60,591 nt of DNA. Origin: Parvibaculum sp. (GTDB lineage Bacteria; Pseudomonadota; Alphaproteobacteria; Parvibaculales; Parvibaculaceae). The DNA lies in contig JACIYQ010000244.1 of NCBI GenBank assembly GCA_014359855.1, forward strand, positions 1 through 60,591. The letters are read 5' to 3'. The notes below the pieces were generated by a model, which saw only the letters and a list, made by a program, of their open reading frames with translations, did no database searches and was not told the origin of the DNA. A program made the translations under genes and the position numbers. The first letter of the stretch is position 1; every line of letters begins with the position of its first letter. Below are positions 41,133 to 52,006 of this stretch, one piece after another.

Positions 41133-42337
41133 GAAAGCCGCCCCCCATCAATCTTGCAACCCGCGACGGCGTTCCGGTGGAGAAGGAGGATAAGGACTCG
41201 TTCATCCTTCTCTCCGACCCCGATGTCACGCTGGCGGAACTCGAAGCGGTCGATGCCGTGCTCCGCTCGTCGCGTCTGTCGAACGGGCCGGTGGCCGAGG
41301 CTTTCGAGGAAGCTTTCGCCGGCTATGTCGGCCGCAAATATGCGGTCGCGGTGCCGAGCGGCACGCTCGGCCTTCTCATCGCGCTCAAAGCTCATGGCAT
41401 AGGTTCGGGGCAGGACGTGATCGTGTCGTCCTACTCGTTGCGGGAAACGCAGCATGCGATCCGCCTTGCCGGCGCGATGCCGGTATTCTCCGACATCGAT
41501 TACTGGGCGGGCACGCTCGCGCCCGAGAAGATCGAGGCAAGGCTCACCAACCGGACGCGAGCCATTATCGCTTCCAACAATAACGGACATCCGGCGGCAT
41601 GGGCGGCCTTGCGCACGCTCGCGAAAAAACATGACCTCGTGCTGATCGAGGATTCGACCGAGGCGATCGGTTCGAAATATCAGGGTGCACTCGTCGGCAC
41701 ATTCGGCGATACGTCGATATTCGACTTCTCCCAGCCCTCGCCGCTCACCTGCGGCGAAGGCGGCATGGTGGTGACGGACGATATCGACATCGCGGTCGCG
41801 CTCAGGCGTCACCGGGCGCGGCGGGAAGATGAGCGTTCATCCGTCGTCATCGGCGCGACGGCACCCTACCAGGCGGGCATGAGCGATATTTCGGCGGCGC
41901 TCGGTCTCGCCCAGTTGAAGCGGATCGATGAGATTCTGGAGCGGCGGCGGCTCACGGAGCATCTCTACTACAAGCATCTGAAATCCTTCGAGGGGATCAA
42001 GGATCCTTATGTCGCGCCGGACGTGACGGAGGTGAACTGGCTTCTCTATGTCGTTCATCTCGGCACGCGCTTTTCCCGTTCCGGCCGCGACGCGATCGTC
42101 GAGGATTTGCGCATCGAGGATGTGGAAGCCGTTGCCTACAGCAATCCGCTCCACCTGCAACGTCACTATTTTGATCTCGGCTATCGCCGCGGCGACCTCT
42201 TCGTGACGGAGAAGGTCGCGGATCGCGCGGTGGCGCTGCCCTTCCACACCCATCTTACAGAGGACCAGATTTCCTTCATCGTGGCGACGATGAAGGACGC
42301 TTCGATCAATGTCGGAGCGGGGTCGGCCATCTACTGA
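41129..42337 (+). CDS. DegT/DnrJ/EryC1/StrS-fold protein lacking the canonical Lys
   Basis: FEEAFAGYVG, SGTLGL, IEDSTEAIG, FDFSQPSPLTCGEGG. Confidence 0.85.
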   Translation: MRKPPPINLATRDGVPVEKEDKDSFILLSDPDVTLAELEAVDAVLRSSRLSNGPVAEAFEEAFAGYVGRKYAVAVPSGTLGLLIALKAHGIGSGQDVIVSSYSLRETQHAIRLAGAMPVFSDIDYWAGTLAPEKIEARLTNRTRAIIASNNNGHPAAWAALRTLAKKHDLVLIEDSTEAIGSKYQGALVGTFGDTSIFDFSQPSPLTCGEGGMVVTDDIDIAVALRRHRARREDERSSVVIGATAPYQAGMSDISAALGLAQLKRIDEILERRRLTEHLYYKHLKSFEGIKDPYVAPDVTEVNWLLYVVHLGTRFSRSGRDAIVEDLRIEDVEAVAYSNPLHLQRHYFDLGYRRGDLFVTEKVADRAVALPFHTHLTEDQISFIVATMKDASINVGAGSAIY

Positions 42338-42389
42338 ACCGCGACGCGAACCAGACGAAGCAATACCAGAGAAGCTGAGGAAAATATCA

Positions 42390-42698
42390 ATGTCCATGAT
42401 CACGATTATGCCGTCAGGCAAGACTTTCGAAGCGGCGGAAGGAATGTCCCTGCTGGCGGCGATTCTCGCGGCCGACGAGGCCATGAACCACAAGTGCAAC
42501 GGCAATGCCTCCTGCGGCACGTGCCACGTCTTCGTCCATGAGGGACGAAAGGGCCTCTCCAGGATCGCGCGCGAGGAGAACGAGAAGCTCGACATGATCG
42601 TCGGCGTCGGTTCGAAATCGCGCCTTGCATGTCAGGCGAAAGTGCTCGGTACGGAAGACATCAAGGTCGAACTGCTCGGCTTCGGCTCGGGTCTTTAG
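42390..42698 (+). CDS. [2Fe-2S] ferredoxin (adrenodoxin-like)
   Basis: HKCNGNASCGTCHV...SRLACQ. Confidence 0.88.
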   Translation: MSMITIMPSGKTFEAAEGMSLLAAILAADEAMNHKCNGNASCGTCHVFVHEGRKGLSRIAREENEKLDMIVGVGSKSRLACQAKVLGTEDIKVELLGFGSGL

Positions 42699-42714
42699 AA
42701 ATCAGGAGATGAAT

Positions 42715-42930
42715 ATGGAAACCGACAACGTCATGATTCATGTGCGCTTCGCTCCGAACGGAGAAGTCGTCGAGATCGGCGAGCGCCCGGCGGACGCGAC
42801 GCCCAGGGACTGGTTCAACTGTCTGAGCGACAAGGCCGGAACGCACTACCGGACCTTTGCGGGCGGGCGCGGCGTGTTCAGCCTGACGCGCCAGGAAATC
42901 GATATGCTGAAGGGCGATTTCGCCGCATAG
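42715..42930 (+). CDS. small hypothetical protein
   Basis: AGGAG RBS; IHVRFAPNG...IGERP...WF...GGRGVF. Confidence 0.7.
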   Translation: METDNVMIHVRFAPNGEVVEIGERPADATPRDWFNCLSDKAGTHYRTFAGGRGVFSLTRQEIDMLKGDFAA

Positions 42931-42954
42931 GAACCGGATGGGAAAGGATCACGG

Positions 42955-43475
42955 ATGTTACGATCGATTACGAAACTGGGAAGCGGAATTGTCCTGAATC
43001 TGCTGCTGCTTCTGCCGCTGGCCTCCCATGCCATGCCGGGAGCGTCGCCGTTGCCGTCGCCGCGAATTTCGAGGCTGCGGCCAAGGAGATAGCGCACGCC
43101 TTCAAGGCAAAGACCGGAGACGTGGTGATCTTCAGCGCGGGCTCATCGGGACAGCTCTATATGCAATTCGCCCAGGGCGCGCCCTTCGATATTTTCATGT
43201 CGGCGGATTCTGTCCGTCCGAAGAAGGCAGAAGAGGAGGGGTTGGCGGTTCCCGGCTCACCTATGCAACAGGCAAGCTCGTGCTGTGGGGCGCCGAACCG
43301 GGTGTTGTCGACCGGCGGGGCGACGTACTGCGGCGAGGCCTCTTCATTCATATCGCAATCGCAAATCTGGATGCGGCACCTTATGGCTTCGCGGGGATGG
43401 AAACCCTGAAAAATCTCGGCCTCGACAAGGTGATCGAGCCGGAGATCGTCAAGGGTGCCAGCATCACTCAGATTT
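42955..43475 (+). pseudogene. modA: molybdate-binding protein ModA, frameshifted and truncated at att site
   Basis: Signal peptide, VAVAANF, GSSGQLY..AQGAPFDIFMSAD, TYATGKLVLW, IAIAN...APYG spread over different frames; ends at GASITQ. Confidence 0.85.
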
Positions 43476-43518
<43 letters not shown>

Positions 43519-43521
43519 ATA

Positions 43522-43561
43522 AAACGCCGTCAACTCAATGAGTTGACGGCGTTTCGCTTTT
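43522..43561 (+). terminator. hairpin after right att
   Basis: AAACGCCGTCAACTC-AAT-GAGTTGACGGCGTTT then CGCTTTT. Confidence 0.78.
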
Positions 43562-43752
43562 CCATACTTGCGGCAGCCATGGCTGTTGAAGTGTGGCACG
43601 GAACGGCGTCATGACGTCCGCGATACCGGCGTGGTTTACCTGGGTGTTTTGGGCGAGAAGCGTAACAACGATCGAGATGCCGATGCTGCTGCCGATGTTG
43701 CGCATCGGGCTGAACAAGGCGGTGCCCTCGTTCCGGTAATGCGGGGCGAGGA
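43560..43752 (-). pseudogene. internal fragment of EmrB/DHA2 MFS efflux permease
   Basis: RNEGTALFSPMRNIGSSIGISIVVTLL...QVNHA. Confidence 0.7.
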
Positions 43753-43786
43753 TGAACAGGATCTTCATGGCATCATCAGGACAGGT

Positions 43787-44149
43787 TCAGTCGCCGAGCA
43801 CGCGGCGGCGCTCCTCGAACTCCTCCTTGTCGATCTCGCCGCGGGCGAAGCGCTCCTTGAGGATGTCGAGCGGGCCCCGGCCCGGCGGCAGTGGATGCGA
43901 TGCCGTTCCGTGCCACGGATCGCCGAGCCAGCGGACGAGAAGGACCGCGACCGCGATCACCACGGCGAGCACGAGGATCATGAACAGCGGACCGAATATC
44001 ATCCCGTACCACCCTCCACCCCAGCCCATCATGTGCGGGCCATAGCCATACCTCTCGGGGTCGGACGGCCCTTGCGCCCACACCCAGCCTGGCACAAGGG
44101 CAACGGCTGCCCCCGCTGCGGCGACCATCGAAATCGAAACTCTCATCAT
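43787..44149 (-). CDS. SHOCT-domain membrane protein
   Basis: GPHMMGWGGGW, TM helix, LDILKERFARGEIDKEEFEERRRVL. Confidence 0.85.
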   Translation of the reverse strand: MMRVSISMVAAAGAAVALVPGWVWAQGPSDPERYGYGPHMMGWGGGWYGMIFGPLFMILVLAVVIAVAVLLVRWLGDPWHGTASHPLPPGRGPLDILKERFARGEIDKEEFEERRRVLGD

Positions 44150-44204
44150 TTGCTTGCTCCATCGCAAAACGGCGCCGTTTCCATTACGTGACGCCATACC
44201 GGGA

Positions 44205-44630
44205 TCAGTTCTGGTACTCTATCGCGCCAGTGCGCCGGTCGACCTTTAACCGCTGCACGAGCGAGTTATCGACGGTGACGATGCCGGCTGCGATCGCCCC
44301 GTCTTCGGCGTTGATATCCCCGACCTTCAGCCGCTTGTTGTTGAGGCGGTCGAGTTGCAAGGCGAGGTAGCCGCATACGTCCTCGGCCGACAGGTTCATC
44401 ACCGGCGTCACGCGCGACCCGAACAGTGCGCCCGTGCCGTCCGGCATCATGCCCGGAGCCATGCCGCCGCGCTGCACACGGAGATTGCGGAAGCCAACAT
44501 CGCGGAACAGCGCCGCCCCGTTGGCCGACCGCTTGTCCGTCCAGCGTACCAGAATGACCGGCTTGTCCTTGAGCGCATTGATCTCCATCAAGCGTTGCGG
44601 AAGCTCGCCGACCGGTATGTTCGGCGCTTC
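44205..44630 (-). pseudogene. chimeric remnant: rhodanese fragment joined to C-terminus of a hypothetical protein
   Basis: NIPVGELPQRL...PVILVRWTDKRS...GFRNLRVQRGGM joined to APGMM...RLKVGDI...LVQRLKVDRRTG. Confidence 0.55.
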
Positions 44631-44649
44631 CTGCTGCATTCGAGAGGAC

Positions 44650-44994
44650 TTTCTCCGGCTCCCCGCCAACGCCGTCGGCTGCACTCTCGGCCGAGACAAG
44701 GTTCCGCTTCATGTGGCGCAGGGCATCGATCAGCACCTGTTTTCTGTCGTCGGCCAGTCCGGCCATGGTCTCCTCGCGGGTTTCGGCGGCGAGATCCCAC
44801 ATCCGCCCGAGCAGCGGCTGGGGCGTCCTCGGTCAGATAAAGGCGAAAGGCCCGGCGGTGCGACAGGCAGGCCAGCGCCTGCCATTGGGCCTGGGACACG
44901 GGCCGAGCTCCTGTGCCCGGCGAATGAAGTTCCGCCGCAGCAGGCGCGCCACATCGTTCACCAGGAATCCCTTGCTTCGATCGGGATCACGCAT
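44650..44994 (-). pseudogene. MarR/SlyA-family regulator remnant
   Basis: GFLVNDVARLLRRNF..RAQELG / SQAQWQALA / RRAFRLYLT / REETMAGL in shifting frames; HTH core missing. Confidence 0.65.
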
Positions 44995-45315
44995 CAGAGC
45001 GCCCGCACCCTCCGTTGATTCATAGTGAGTATTGTTTATTATAAGCAGACGAGGCTTTTCCACAAAAGGGGCAGCGTCCGGCAGGGCCACGGCTCCCGGA
45101 CGGCGAGGGCGGTTCCATAGAGCATGAGTGGCGGCGTCTTGAGAGAGAGCAAGGCGCGAGCCGTATAATCCGTATATGTTGCTTTTGAAAGCCGCCGAGA
45201 CCGTTCCGTTACGGTCACCCTGCGCCGGTCATCGCGCGCCGCGCCGGCGGCAGAGCGATCGCTCGCGGGTAGAGCCGCGACCCGGCGCCAGGTTCAACAA
45301 CGACGAGATGGGGTA

Positions 45316-46389
45316 ATGAGTAAACCGATCAAGATTTGGCTGCTCCGGATCGCGGTCGTCGCGCTTGTCGGCGTGGCGGCCGCGGTCGCTTGGCGGTTTC
45401 TCCAGCCGCGGGGGCTGCCGGACGGTTTCGCCGGCGGCAACGGCCGGATCGAGGCCGTGGAGATCGACGTCGCGGCCAAGACCGCGGGCCGGGTCAAGGA
45501 CATCCTGGCCAACGAAGGCGATTTTGTCCGCGCCGGGCAGGAACTGGCGAGGATGGATACGGCCGTCCTGGAGGCGCAACTCCGCGAGGCCGAGGCGCAG
45601 CTGCGGCGGGCGCTTATCGGCATCGAGACCGCGCAAAGCCAGGTGACCCAGCGCGAAGCCGAGAAGCAGGCTGCCGAGGCGCTCGTTGCCCAGAGGAAGG
45701 CCGAGCTCGACGCCGCACAGAGGCGGGTCGCCCGCTCGGAGGAGCTCGCGCCGAAAGGCGCCGTTCCCGTCTCGAAGCTGGACGACGACCGCGCCGCCTT
45801 TCAGGCGGCGAAAGCCGCGGTCGGCGCCGCGGAGGCGCAGGCGGCGGCCGCGCAAGCCGCCATTGGCCGGGCCAAGTCGGATGTCATTGGGGCGGAGGCC
45901 ACCGTGGAAGCAGCTCGGGCCACTATCCAGCGCATTCAGGCTGACATCGACGACAGCGTGCTGAGGTCGTCGCGTGACGGTCGTGTCCAGTACCGCGTCG
46001 CCCAGCCCGGCGAGGTGCTCTCCCCAGGCGGCGCGGTGCTGAACATGGTCGATCTCAGCGATGTCTACATGACCTTCTTCCTGCCGACGGAACAAGCCGG
46101 GCGCGTCGCGCTTGGGACCGAGGCGCGGCTCGTGCTCGACGCCGCCCCGCAATACGTGATCCCGGCCCAAATCTCGTTCGTCGCGGATGTCGCGCAATTC
46201 ACGCCCAAGACGGTGGAGACGGAAGAAGAACGCCAGAAGCTGATGTTCCGCATCAAGGCGCGGATCGACCCGGACCTGCTCAGGAAGCACCTCCAACAGG
46301 TCAAGACCGGCCTGCCGGGCATGGCCTATGTGCGGCTCGACCCGCGGGTGGATTGGCCGCCTGAACTCCAGACCAGGCTGCCGCAATGA
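45316..46389 (+). CDS. HlyD-family membrane fusion protein (YhiI-like)
   Basis: [15 protein letters not shown], coiled coil, [18 protein letters not shown]. Confidence 0.9.
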   Translation: MSKPIKIWLLRIAVVALVGVAAAVAWRFLQPRGLPDGFAGGNGRIEAVEIDVAAKTAGRVKDILANEGDFVRAGQELARMDTAVLEAQLREAEAQLRRALIGIETAQSQVTQREAEKQAAEALVAQRKAELDAAQRRVARSEELAPKGAVPVSKLDDDRAAFQAAKAAVGAAEAQAAAAQAAIGRAKSDVIGAEATVEAARATIQRIQADIDDSVLRSSRDGRVQYRVAQPGEVLSPGGAVLNMVDLSDVYMTFFLPTEQAGRVALGTEARLVLDAAPQYVIPAQISFVADVAQFTPKTVETEEERQKLMFRIKARIDPDLLRKHLQQVKTGLPGMAYVRLDPRVDWPPELQTRLPQ

Positions 46390-49184
46390 ACCGGGATGTA
46401 CTTGCACAGACCGGCGGTCCCGGGGATGCCGCTCCGCCGGTTGCCTGCCTGCGGGACGTAACATTACGCTACGGCAAGGTGCATGCGCTCTCTGAAGTCA
46501 GCCTCGATATCCCGGCGGGCTGCATGGCCGGGCTGATCGGCCCGGATGGAGTCGGCAAGTCGAGCCTCCTGGCGCTGATCGCGGGTGCACGTAAAATTCA
46601 AGCTGGACAAGTTGAAGTGCTCGGCGGCGACATGACAGAGGCAAGCCACCGCCGAACGGTCTGCCCGCGCATCGCCTACATGCCGCAGGGGCTCGGCAAG
46701 AACCTCTATCCGACGCTGTCGGTGTTCGAGAACATCGACTTCTTCGGCCGTCTGTTCGGGCACGATGGCGGTGAACGGGCGCGGCGCATCGAGGCGCTGA
46801 CGCTGGCCACCGGGCTCAGACCGTTCCTCGACCGCCCGGCCGGCAAGCTCTCGGGCGGCATGAAGCAGAAGCTCGGCCTCTGTTGCGCGCTGATCCACGA
46901 TCCGGACCTGCTGATCCTCGACGAGCCCACCACCGGCGTCGATCCCCTCTCGCGGCGGCAGTTCTGGGAACTGATCGGGCGCATCCGTCACACCCGGCCC
47001 GGCATGAGCGTGGTGGTGGCCACCGCCTATATGGAGGAGGCGGCACGCTTCGACTGGCTGGTGGCGATGGATGCCGGACGGGTTCTCGCGGCCGAGACGC
47101 CGCAGGGCTTGCTGAAGCACACCGACACCCGCTCACTGGAGGCGGCCTTCATTGCCTTGCTGCCGGAGGACAAGCGCCGGGGCTACCGGCCGGTGGAGAT
47201 ACCGCCGCGTCCAGCCGAAGCCGATGGTGAGACAGCCATCGAGGCGCGGGACCTGACGATGCGGTTCGGCGACTTCACGGCGGTGGACCATGTGAACCTG
47301 CGCATTCAACGGGGCGAGATCTTCGGCTTTCTCGGTTCCAATGGCTGCGGCAAGACCACGACAATGAAGATGCTGACCGGGCTTTTGCCGCCGAGCGAGG
47401 GGCGGGCCTGGCTGTTCGGACACGAGGTGGATCCTCACGACCTCGCGACCCGCCGCCGCGTCGGCTACATGTCGCAGTTCTTTTCGCTCTACACCGAGCT
47501 CACGGTGCGGCAGAACCTGGAGTTGCACGCACGTCTGTTTCACGTTCCGGTCGAAGAAATCCCGCACCGCGTCGAGGAAATGATCGGGCGCTTCGAGCTG
47601 GCCGGGGTCGCCGATATGCTGCCCGGCGCGTTACCCCTCGGTCATCGCCAGCGCCTGTCGCTGGCCGTAGCCATGATCCACAAACCCGAAATGCTGATCC
47701 TGGACGAGCCCACCTCGGGCGTCGATCCGGTGGCGCGGGATGCCTTCTGGCGGATGCTGGTCGAGCTGTCGCGCCACGATGGCGTGACGATCTTCATCTC
47801 GACCCATTTCATGAACGAAGCCGGGCGCTGCGACCGCATCTCGCTGATGCATGCCGGTCTGGTCCTGGCCACCGATACACCCGCGGCCCTGACGAAGCAG
47901 CGCGCCGCAGATTCGCTTGAAGATGCTTTCATCGGGTATCTCGAAGATGCGACCGCTGTCGTGGAAGCCGATGCCCCCCTGAGGTCCGACCGGACACCTG
48001 CGCCCATGCCGGCTCAAGCGACTGCTACCGAAGCCGGGCCCCACGGATGGCGGCGTTTCTTCGATCCCCGCCGCGTGGTCAGCTATGCACGGCGCGAAGC
48101 CCTGGAGCTGCGCCGCGACCCGGTCCGGCTAACGCTCGCGCTCGTTGGCAGCGTCATCCTGATGTTCGTGATGGGCTACGGCATCAGCCTGGACGTGGAG
48201 GACCTGACCTTCGCGGTTCTCGACCGCGATCAGACCACCGTCAGCCGTGACTATACGCTCAACATCTCCGGCTCCCGCTATTTCGTCGAACAACCGCCGA
48301 TCACCGATTATGACGATCTCGATCGGCGGATGCGTGCGGGAAAACTCAGCCTGGCCATCGAGATCCCGTCAAGCTTTGCCCGCGATATCGCCCGCGGACG
48401 GGCGGTGGAGATCGGCGCCTGGATCGACGGTGCCATGCCGACGCGCGCCGAGACCGTTCGCGGCTATGTGCAAGGGATGCATGCCCACTGGCTCGCGACC
48501 AAGGCCCGCGAAGCCGGCCATGGGGACGCGCTGGCGGGTCTGGCGAATCTGGAAACCCGCTTCCGCTACAACCCCGACGTCAAGAGCCTGGTGGCGATGG
48601 TGCCGGCGGTGATCCCGCTGCTGCTCATGCTGATTCCGGCCATGCTCGCCGCACTCAGCGTGGTGCGGGAGAAGGAACTCGGCTCGATCACCAACTTCTA
48701 CGTGACGCCCACGACGCGGCTCGAGTTCCTGCTCGGCAAGCAACTCCCCTATGTCGTGCTGTCCGCGCTGAGCTTCCTGTTGCTCACCCTGCTTGCGGTG
48801 ACCGTATTCGGCGTGCCTTTGAAGGGCAGTTTTCTGACTCTAACGGCCGGTGCGCTGCTCTATGTCGGTGCCGCCACCGCCGTTGGCCTCCTGATTTCCA
48901 CCTTCATGCGCAGCCAGATCGCCGCCCTCTTCGGCACTGCGGTGCTTACCATCCTGCCAGCGGCGAGCTTTTCGGGCATGATCGACCCGGTCTCGTCGCT
49001 CCAGGGGGTGGGCAGGCTGATCGGCGAGATTTATCCGACCACGCATTTTCTGACCATCGCGCGCGGCACCTTCTCCAAGGCCCTGAATTTTTCCGATCTG
49101 TATGCCTCCTTCATCCCGCTGGCGCTGGCCGGGCCGGTGCTGCTCGGACTGTCCGCCGTCCTGCTGAAGAAGCAGGAGAACTGA
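46386..49184 (+). CDS. rbbA: RbbA-like dual ABC ATPase-permease fusion
   Basis: [19 protein letters not shown], second [14 protein letters not shown]-2 permease with VREKELGSI. Confidence 0.9.
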   Translation: MNRDVLAQTGGPGDAAPPVACLRDVTLRYGKVHALSEVSLDIPAGCMAGLIGPDGVGKSSLLALIAGARKIQAGQVEVLGGDMTEASHRRTVCPRIAYMPQGLGKNLYPTLSVFENIDFFGRLFGHDGGERARRIEALTLATGLRPFLDRPAGKLSGGMKQKLGLCCALIHDPDLLILDEPTTGVDPLSRRQFWELIGRIRHTRPGMSVVVATAYMEEAARFDWLVAMDAGRVLAAETPQGLLKHTDTRSLEAAFIALLPEDKRRGYRPVEIPPRPAEADGETAIEARDLTMRFGDFTAVDHVNLRIQRGEIFGFLGSNGCGKTTTMKMLTGLLPPSEGRAWLFGHEVDPHDLATRRRVGYMSQFFSLYTELTVRQNLELHARLFHVPVEEIPHRVEEMIGRFELAGVADMLPGALPLGHRQRLSLAVAMIHKPEMLILDEPTSGVDPVARDAFWRMLVELSRHDGVTIFISTHFMNEAGRCDRISLMHAGLVLATDTPAALTKQRAADSLEDAFIGYLEDATAVVEADAPLRSDRTPAPMPAQATATEAGPHGWRRFFDPRRVVSYARREALELRRDPVRLTLALVGSVILMFVMGYGISLDVEDLTFAVLDRDQTTVSRDYTLNISGSRYFVEQPPITDYDDLDRRMRAGKLSLAIEIPSSFARDIARGRAVEIGAWIDGAMPTRAETVRGYVQGMHAHWLATKAREAGHGDALAGLANLETRFRYNPDVKSLVAMVPAVIPLLLMLIPAMLAALSVVREKELGSITNFYVTPTTRLEFLLGKQLPYVVLSALSFLLLTLLAVTVFGVPLKGSFLTLTAGALLYVGAATAVGLLISTFMRSQIAALFGTAVLTILPAASFSGMIDPVSSLQGVGRLIGEIYPTTHFLTIARGTFSKALNFSDLYASFIPLALAGPVLLGLSAVLLKKQEN

Positions 49185-49187
49185 GCC

Positions 49188-50309
49188 ATGCGTGCTGCCA
49201 ACATCCTGCATCTTGGCGTCAAGGAGCTGCGCAGCCTGACACGCGACCCGATCATGCTGGTGCTGATCGCCTACGCTTTCACCTTTTCGATCTATACGGC
49301 GGCAACGGCGATGCCGGAAACCCTCAACAAGGCGCCAATCGCCATCGTCGACGAGGACCGTTCGCCGCTGTCGGGGCGGATCTCCAGCGCCTTCTATCCG
49401 CCCTACTTCGTGCTGCCCAAGTTCATCACCCAGGCCGAGATGGACGCCCGCATGGACGCAGGCCTCGACACCTTTGCGCTGAACATCCCGCCCGAGTTCC
49501 AACGCGACCTGCTGGCGGGACGCAGGCCAACGATCCAGCTCAACGTCGATGCGACGCGCATGAGCCAGGCCTTTACCGGCAGCGGCTATATCCAGACTAT
49601 CGTTGCCGACGAGGTGCGCGCCTTCGCGCAACGCTATCGCGACATTGCCGAGCCGCCGGTAGGCTTGGCGCTGCGGGTGCGCTTCAATCCGCAACTCAAC
49701 AAATCCTGGTTCGGCGCCATCATGCAGGTCATCAACAACGTAACCATGCTCTCGATCGTGCTGACCGGCGCGGCGCTGATCCGCGAGCGCGAGCACGGCA
49801 CGGTCGAACACCTGCTGGTGATGCCCGTCACGCCCTTCGAGATCATGACCAGCAAGGTCTGGGCAATGGGCTTCGTGGTGCTCGCGGCATCCGCCTTCGC
49901 CCTCGTCTTCATGGTGCAGGGGCTCCTTTCCGTTCCGATCGAAGGATCGATCGCGCTGTTTCTGGCCGGCACCTCCGTGCATCTGTTCGCCACGACCTCC
50001 ATGGGCATCTTTCTCGGCACGCTCGCCCGCTCCATGCCGCAGTTCGGACTGCTGCTGATGCTGATTCTGCTGCCGCTCCAGATGCTCTCCGGTGGCACGA
50101 CGCCGCGCGAGAGCATGCCGGAGATCGTCCAGTACATCATGCTGGCCGCGCCCAACACGCACTTCGTCATGCTGGCCCAGGCGATCCTCTATCGCGGCGC
50201 GGGTTTGGCTGTCGTGTGGCCGCAGTTCATCGCCATAGCTGCGATCGGGGCCGCGCTGTTCGGCCTCGCGCTTGCGCGGTTTCGCAAGACAATCGCCGCG
50301 ATGGCGTGA
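49188..50309 (+). CDS. ABC-2 permease (YhhJ-like)
   Basis: LGVKELRSL, IREREHGTVEHLL, SGGTTPRESMP. Confidence 0.9.
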   Translation: MRAANILHLGVKELRSLTRDPIMLVLIAYAFTFSIYTAATAMPETLNKAPIAIVDEDRSPLSGRISSAFYPPYFVLPKFITQAEMDARMDAGLDTFALNIPPEFQRDLLAGRRPTIQLNVDATRMSQAFTGSGYIQTIVADEVRAFAQRYRDIAEPPVGLALRVRFNPQLNKSWFGAIMQVINNVTMLSIVLTGAALIREREHGTVEHLLVMPVTPFEIMTSKVWAMGFVVLAASAFALVFMVQGLLSVPIEGSIALFLAGTSVHLFATTSMGIFLGTLARSMPQFGLLLMLILLPLQMLSGGTTPRESMPEIVQYIMLAAPNTHFVMLAQAILYRGAGLAVVWPQFIAIAAIGAALFGLALARFRKTIAAMA

Positions 50310-50351
50310 GGACCACCGCCAACGACGAGGATCGCGTATCACGGAACGGGA

Positions 50352-50450
50352 TCACGGAACGACGACGACAATGCAAGGGGCGCAAGACACCACCTCCCGG
50401 GAAACGCTGCCGAGCAGCAATCCGGCGAGTTGCCCGCGTCCGCTCAAGAC
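50352..50450 (-). pseudogene. C-terminal fragment of a universal stress protein
   Basis: GRGQLAGLLLGSVSREVVSCAPCIVVVVP-stop. Confidence 0.65.
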
Positions 50451-51022
50451 ATTCACGGCCGGAGGCCCATGCGGCGGATGGTGCCAGGCCGAGGCCGAGA
50501 TGGCAGTTTCCGCGGATACGGACCCGATCCCGAATACGCAGAAGCAATCCAGGGGGCGCAAACGCGGAGCAAGCCGCTCTGGATCGCCACGGCCGCCTTG
50601 CGGTGGCCTCGCGATGACGTGTTCTGGTGTGCTTTGTTCCCCATTTCATCCGTACACAAACGAAAACGCCCTCCTTGATGGAGGGCGCTCGTGAGCCGGG
50701 GGAGGCCCGAGGAACCGGAGAGAGCGACGCGGATCGGGCAACAGGAACGTACATCCGGTTCCTCTTGCCCTCCGGACCCGCTGGTTACGTGCCCGCGCGT
50801 CTGCCAGCCATATTGTCCTCGCGCCGCCCCGCTGCAAGCCCTTATCGCGGCTGTCGTGAAATCTTCATGTGCCGCCACACCCCGTAAAGCGCGAGCGCCA
50901 GCATGATGTGCACGTCGATAACGGGCGGCCAGCCGAAGAGATAGATGACGTCGTTCGCAACGCCCGGCTTGAAGGGCCCGCCGCGCTCTCGCCCGCAACT
51001 TGCCGCGCTGAGCGGGGCAGGG

Positions 51023-51120
51023 ACTTGTCCCCGCTACCGGGGATATCGCCGCCGTTCTTGACGGTTCGGTGACATTTCGATGGCAGCCGTCCGTACTTGT
51101 CCCCGCCTGAGGGGACAGGT
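51023..51120. repeat. pair of related palindromes
   Basis: ACTTGTCCCCGC at 51023 and 51095, each followed by GGGGA. Confidence 0.6.
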
Positions 51121-51154
51121 AACGTCAAACTGTCCGTAGACAGACGATGGAAAA

Positions 51155-52006
51155 TCAGGCCTTCGCTTCGCCCGTTTCAGCCGCGCCGGAGAGCGGCCCG
51201 ATCTCGCGCCGGAACATGATCTTGCCGTAGGAAGAAGGCAGTATCCGCTGCAGCAGGTCGATGATCTTCGCGTCCATTCCAATCAGGATGCGGCCCTTGT
51301 CCTTCGCGATCCCGTTCACGATCGTTTCGCCTGCCTTCTCGGGCGTTGTCCGCGCAAGCTTGTCGAATCCCGATGCCGCCTCTTCGCGCGCCGTCGCCTG
51401 CGTGCTCTGCGGGAAGCGTGCATTGCGTATGATGTTCGTCTTGATGCCGCCTGGATGCACGCAGGACACGTTGATCCGTGTACCCTTCATTTCGTGACGC
51501 AGTGCTTCGGTAAAGCCGCGGATCGCGAACTTGGCGGAGTTATAGGCCGCCTGGCTCGGCACCGAGATGATGCCGAAAATGCTCGACACATTGACGATGT
51601 GGCCCTCGCCCTTCTTCCGGATTTGCGGCAGGAAGGCCTTGGTGCCGTAGACCATGCCCCAGAAGTCGATATTCATGACCCATTCGAAGTCTTCGTAGGA
51701 CAGCTCGTCCACGCGTGCGATCTGTGCCACGCCCGCATTGTTGATCACGATGTCGGCGCCGCCATGCGCGCTTTCGATTTCCTGCGCGAAGGCATAGACG
51801 GCATCGCGGTCGGCGACGTCCAGGAGATAGGTCGAAACCTTGCCGCCGATTGCTTCAATGCGTTTCGCCGTTTCCGCGAGCCCCGCCCGGTCGAGATCGG
51901 AAATGGCAAGCCGTGCGCCACGCTTCGCAAGCTCGATTGCCGTGCCTCTACCGATGCCGCTCGCCGCGCCCGTCACTACCGCCAGTTTACCGCTGATCGT
52001 CGTCAT
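51155..52006 (-). CDS. short-chain dehydrogenase/reductase
   Basis: TGAASGIG, NNAG, YNSAK. Confidence 0.92.
   Translation of the reverse strand: MTTISGKLAVVTGAASGIGRGTAIELAKRGARLAISDLDRAGLAETAKRIEAIGGKVSTYLLDVADRDAVYAFAQEIESAHGGADIVINNAGVAQIARVDELSYEDFEWVMNIDFWGMVYGTKAFLPQIRKKGEGHIVNVSSIFGIISVPSQAAYNSAKFAIRGFTEALRHEMKGTRINVSCVHPGGIKTNIIRNARFPQSTQATAREEAASGFDKLARTTPEKAGETIVNGIAKDKGRILIGMDAKIIDLLQRILPSSYGKIMFRREIGPLSGAAETGEAKA

Noticed and set aside
50845-50965. Short hydrophobic minus-strand peptide (VIYLFGWPPVIDVHIMLALALYGVW)
   Set aside because: Probably another gene fragment, but too short for me to assign.
50980-51000. GCCCGCAAC as a third att remnant
   Set aside because: Only about 8 bp match the tRNA end, which is expected by chance in GC-rich DNA.
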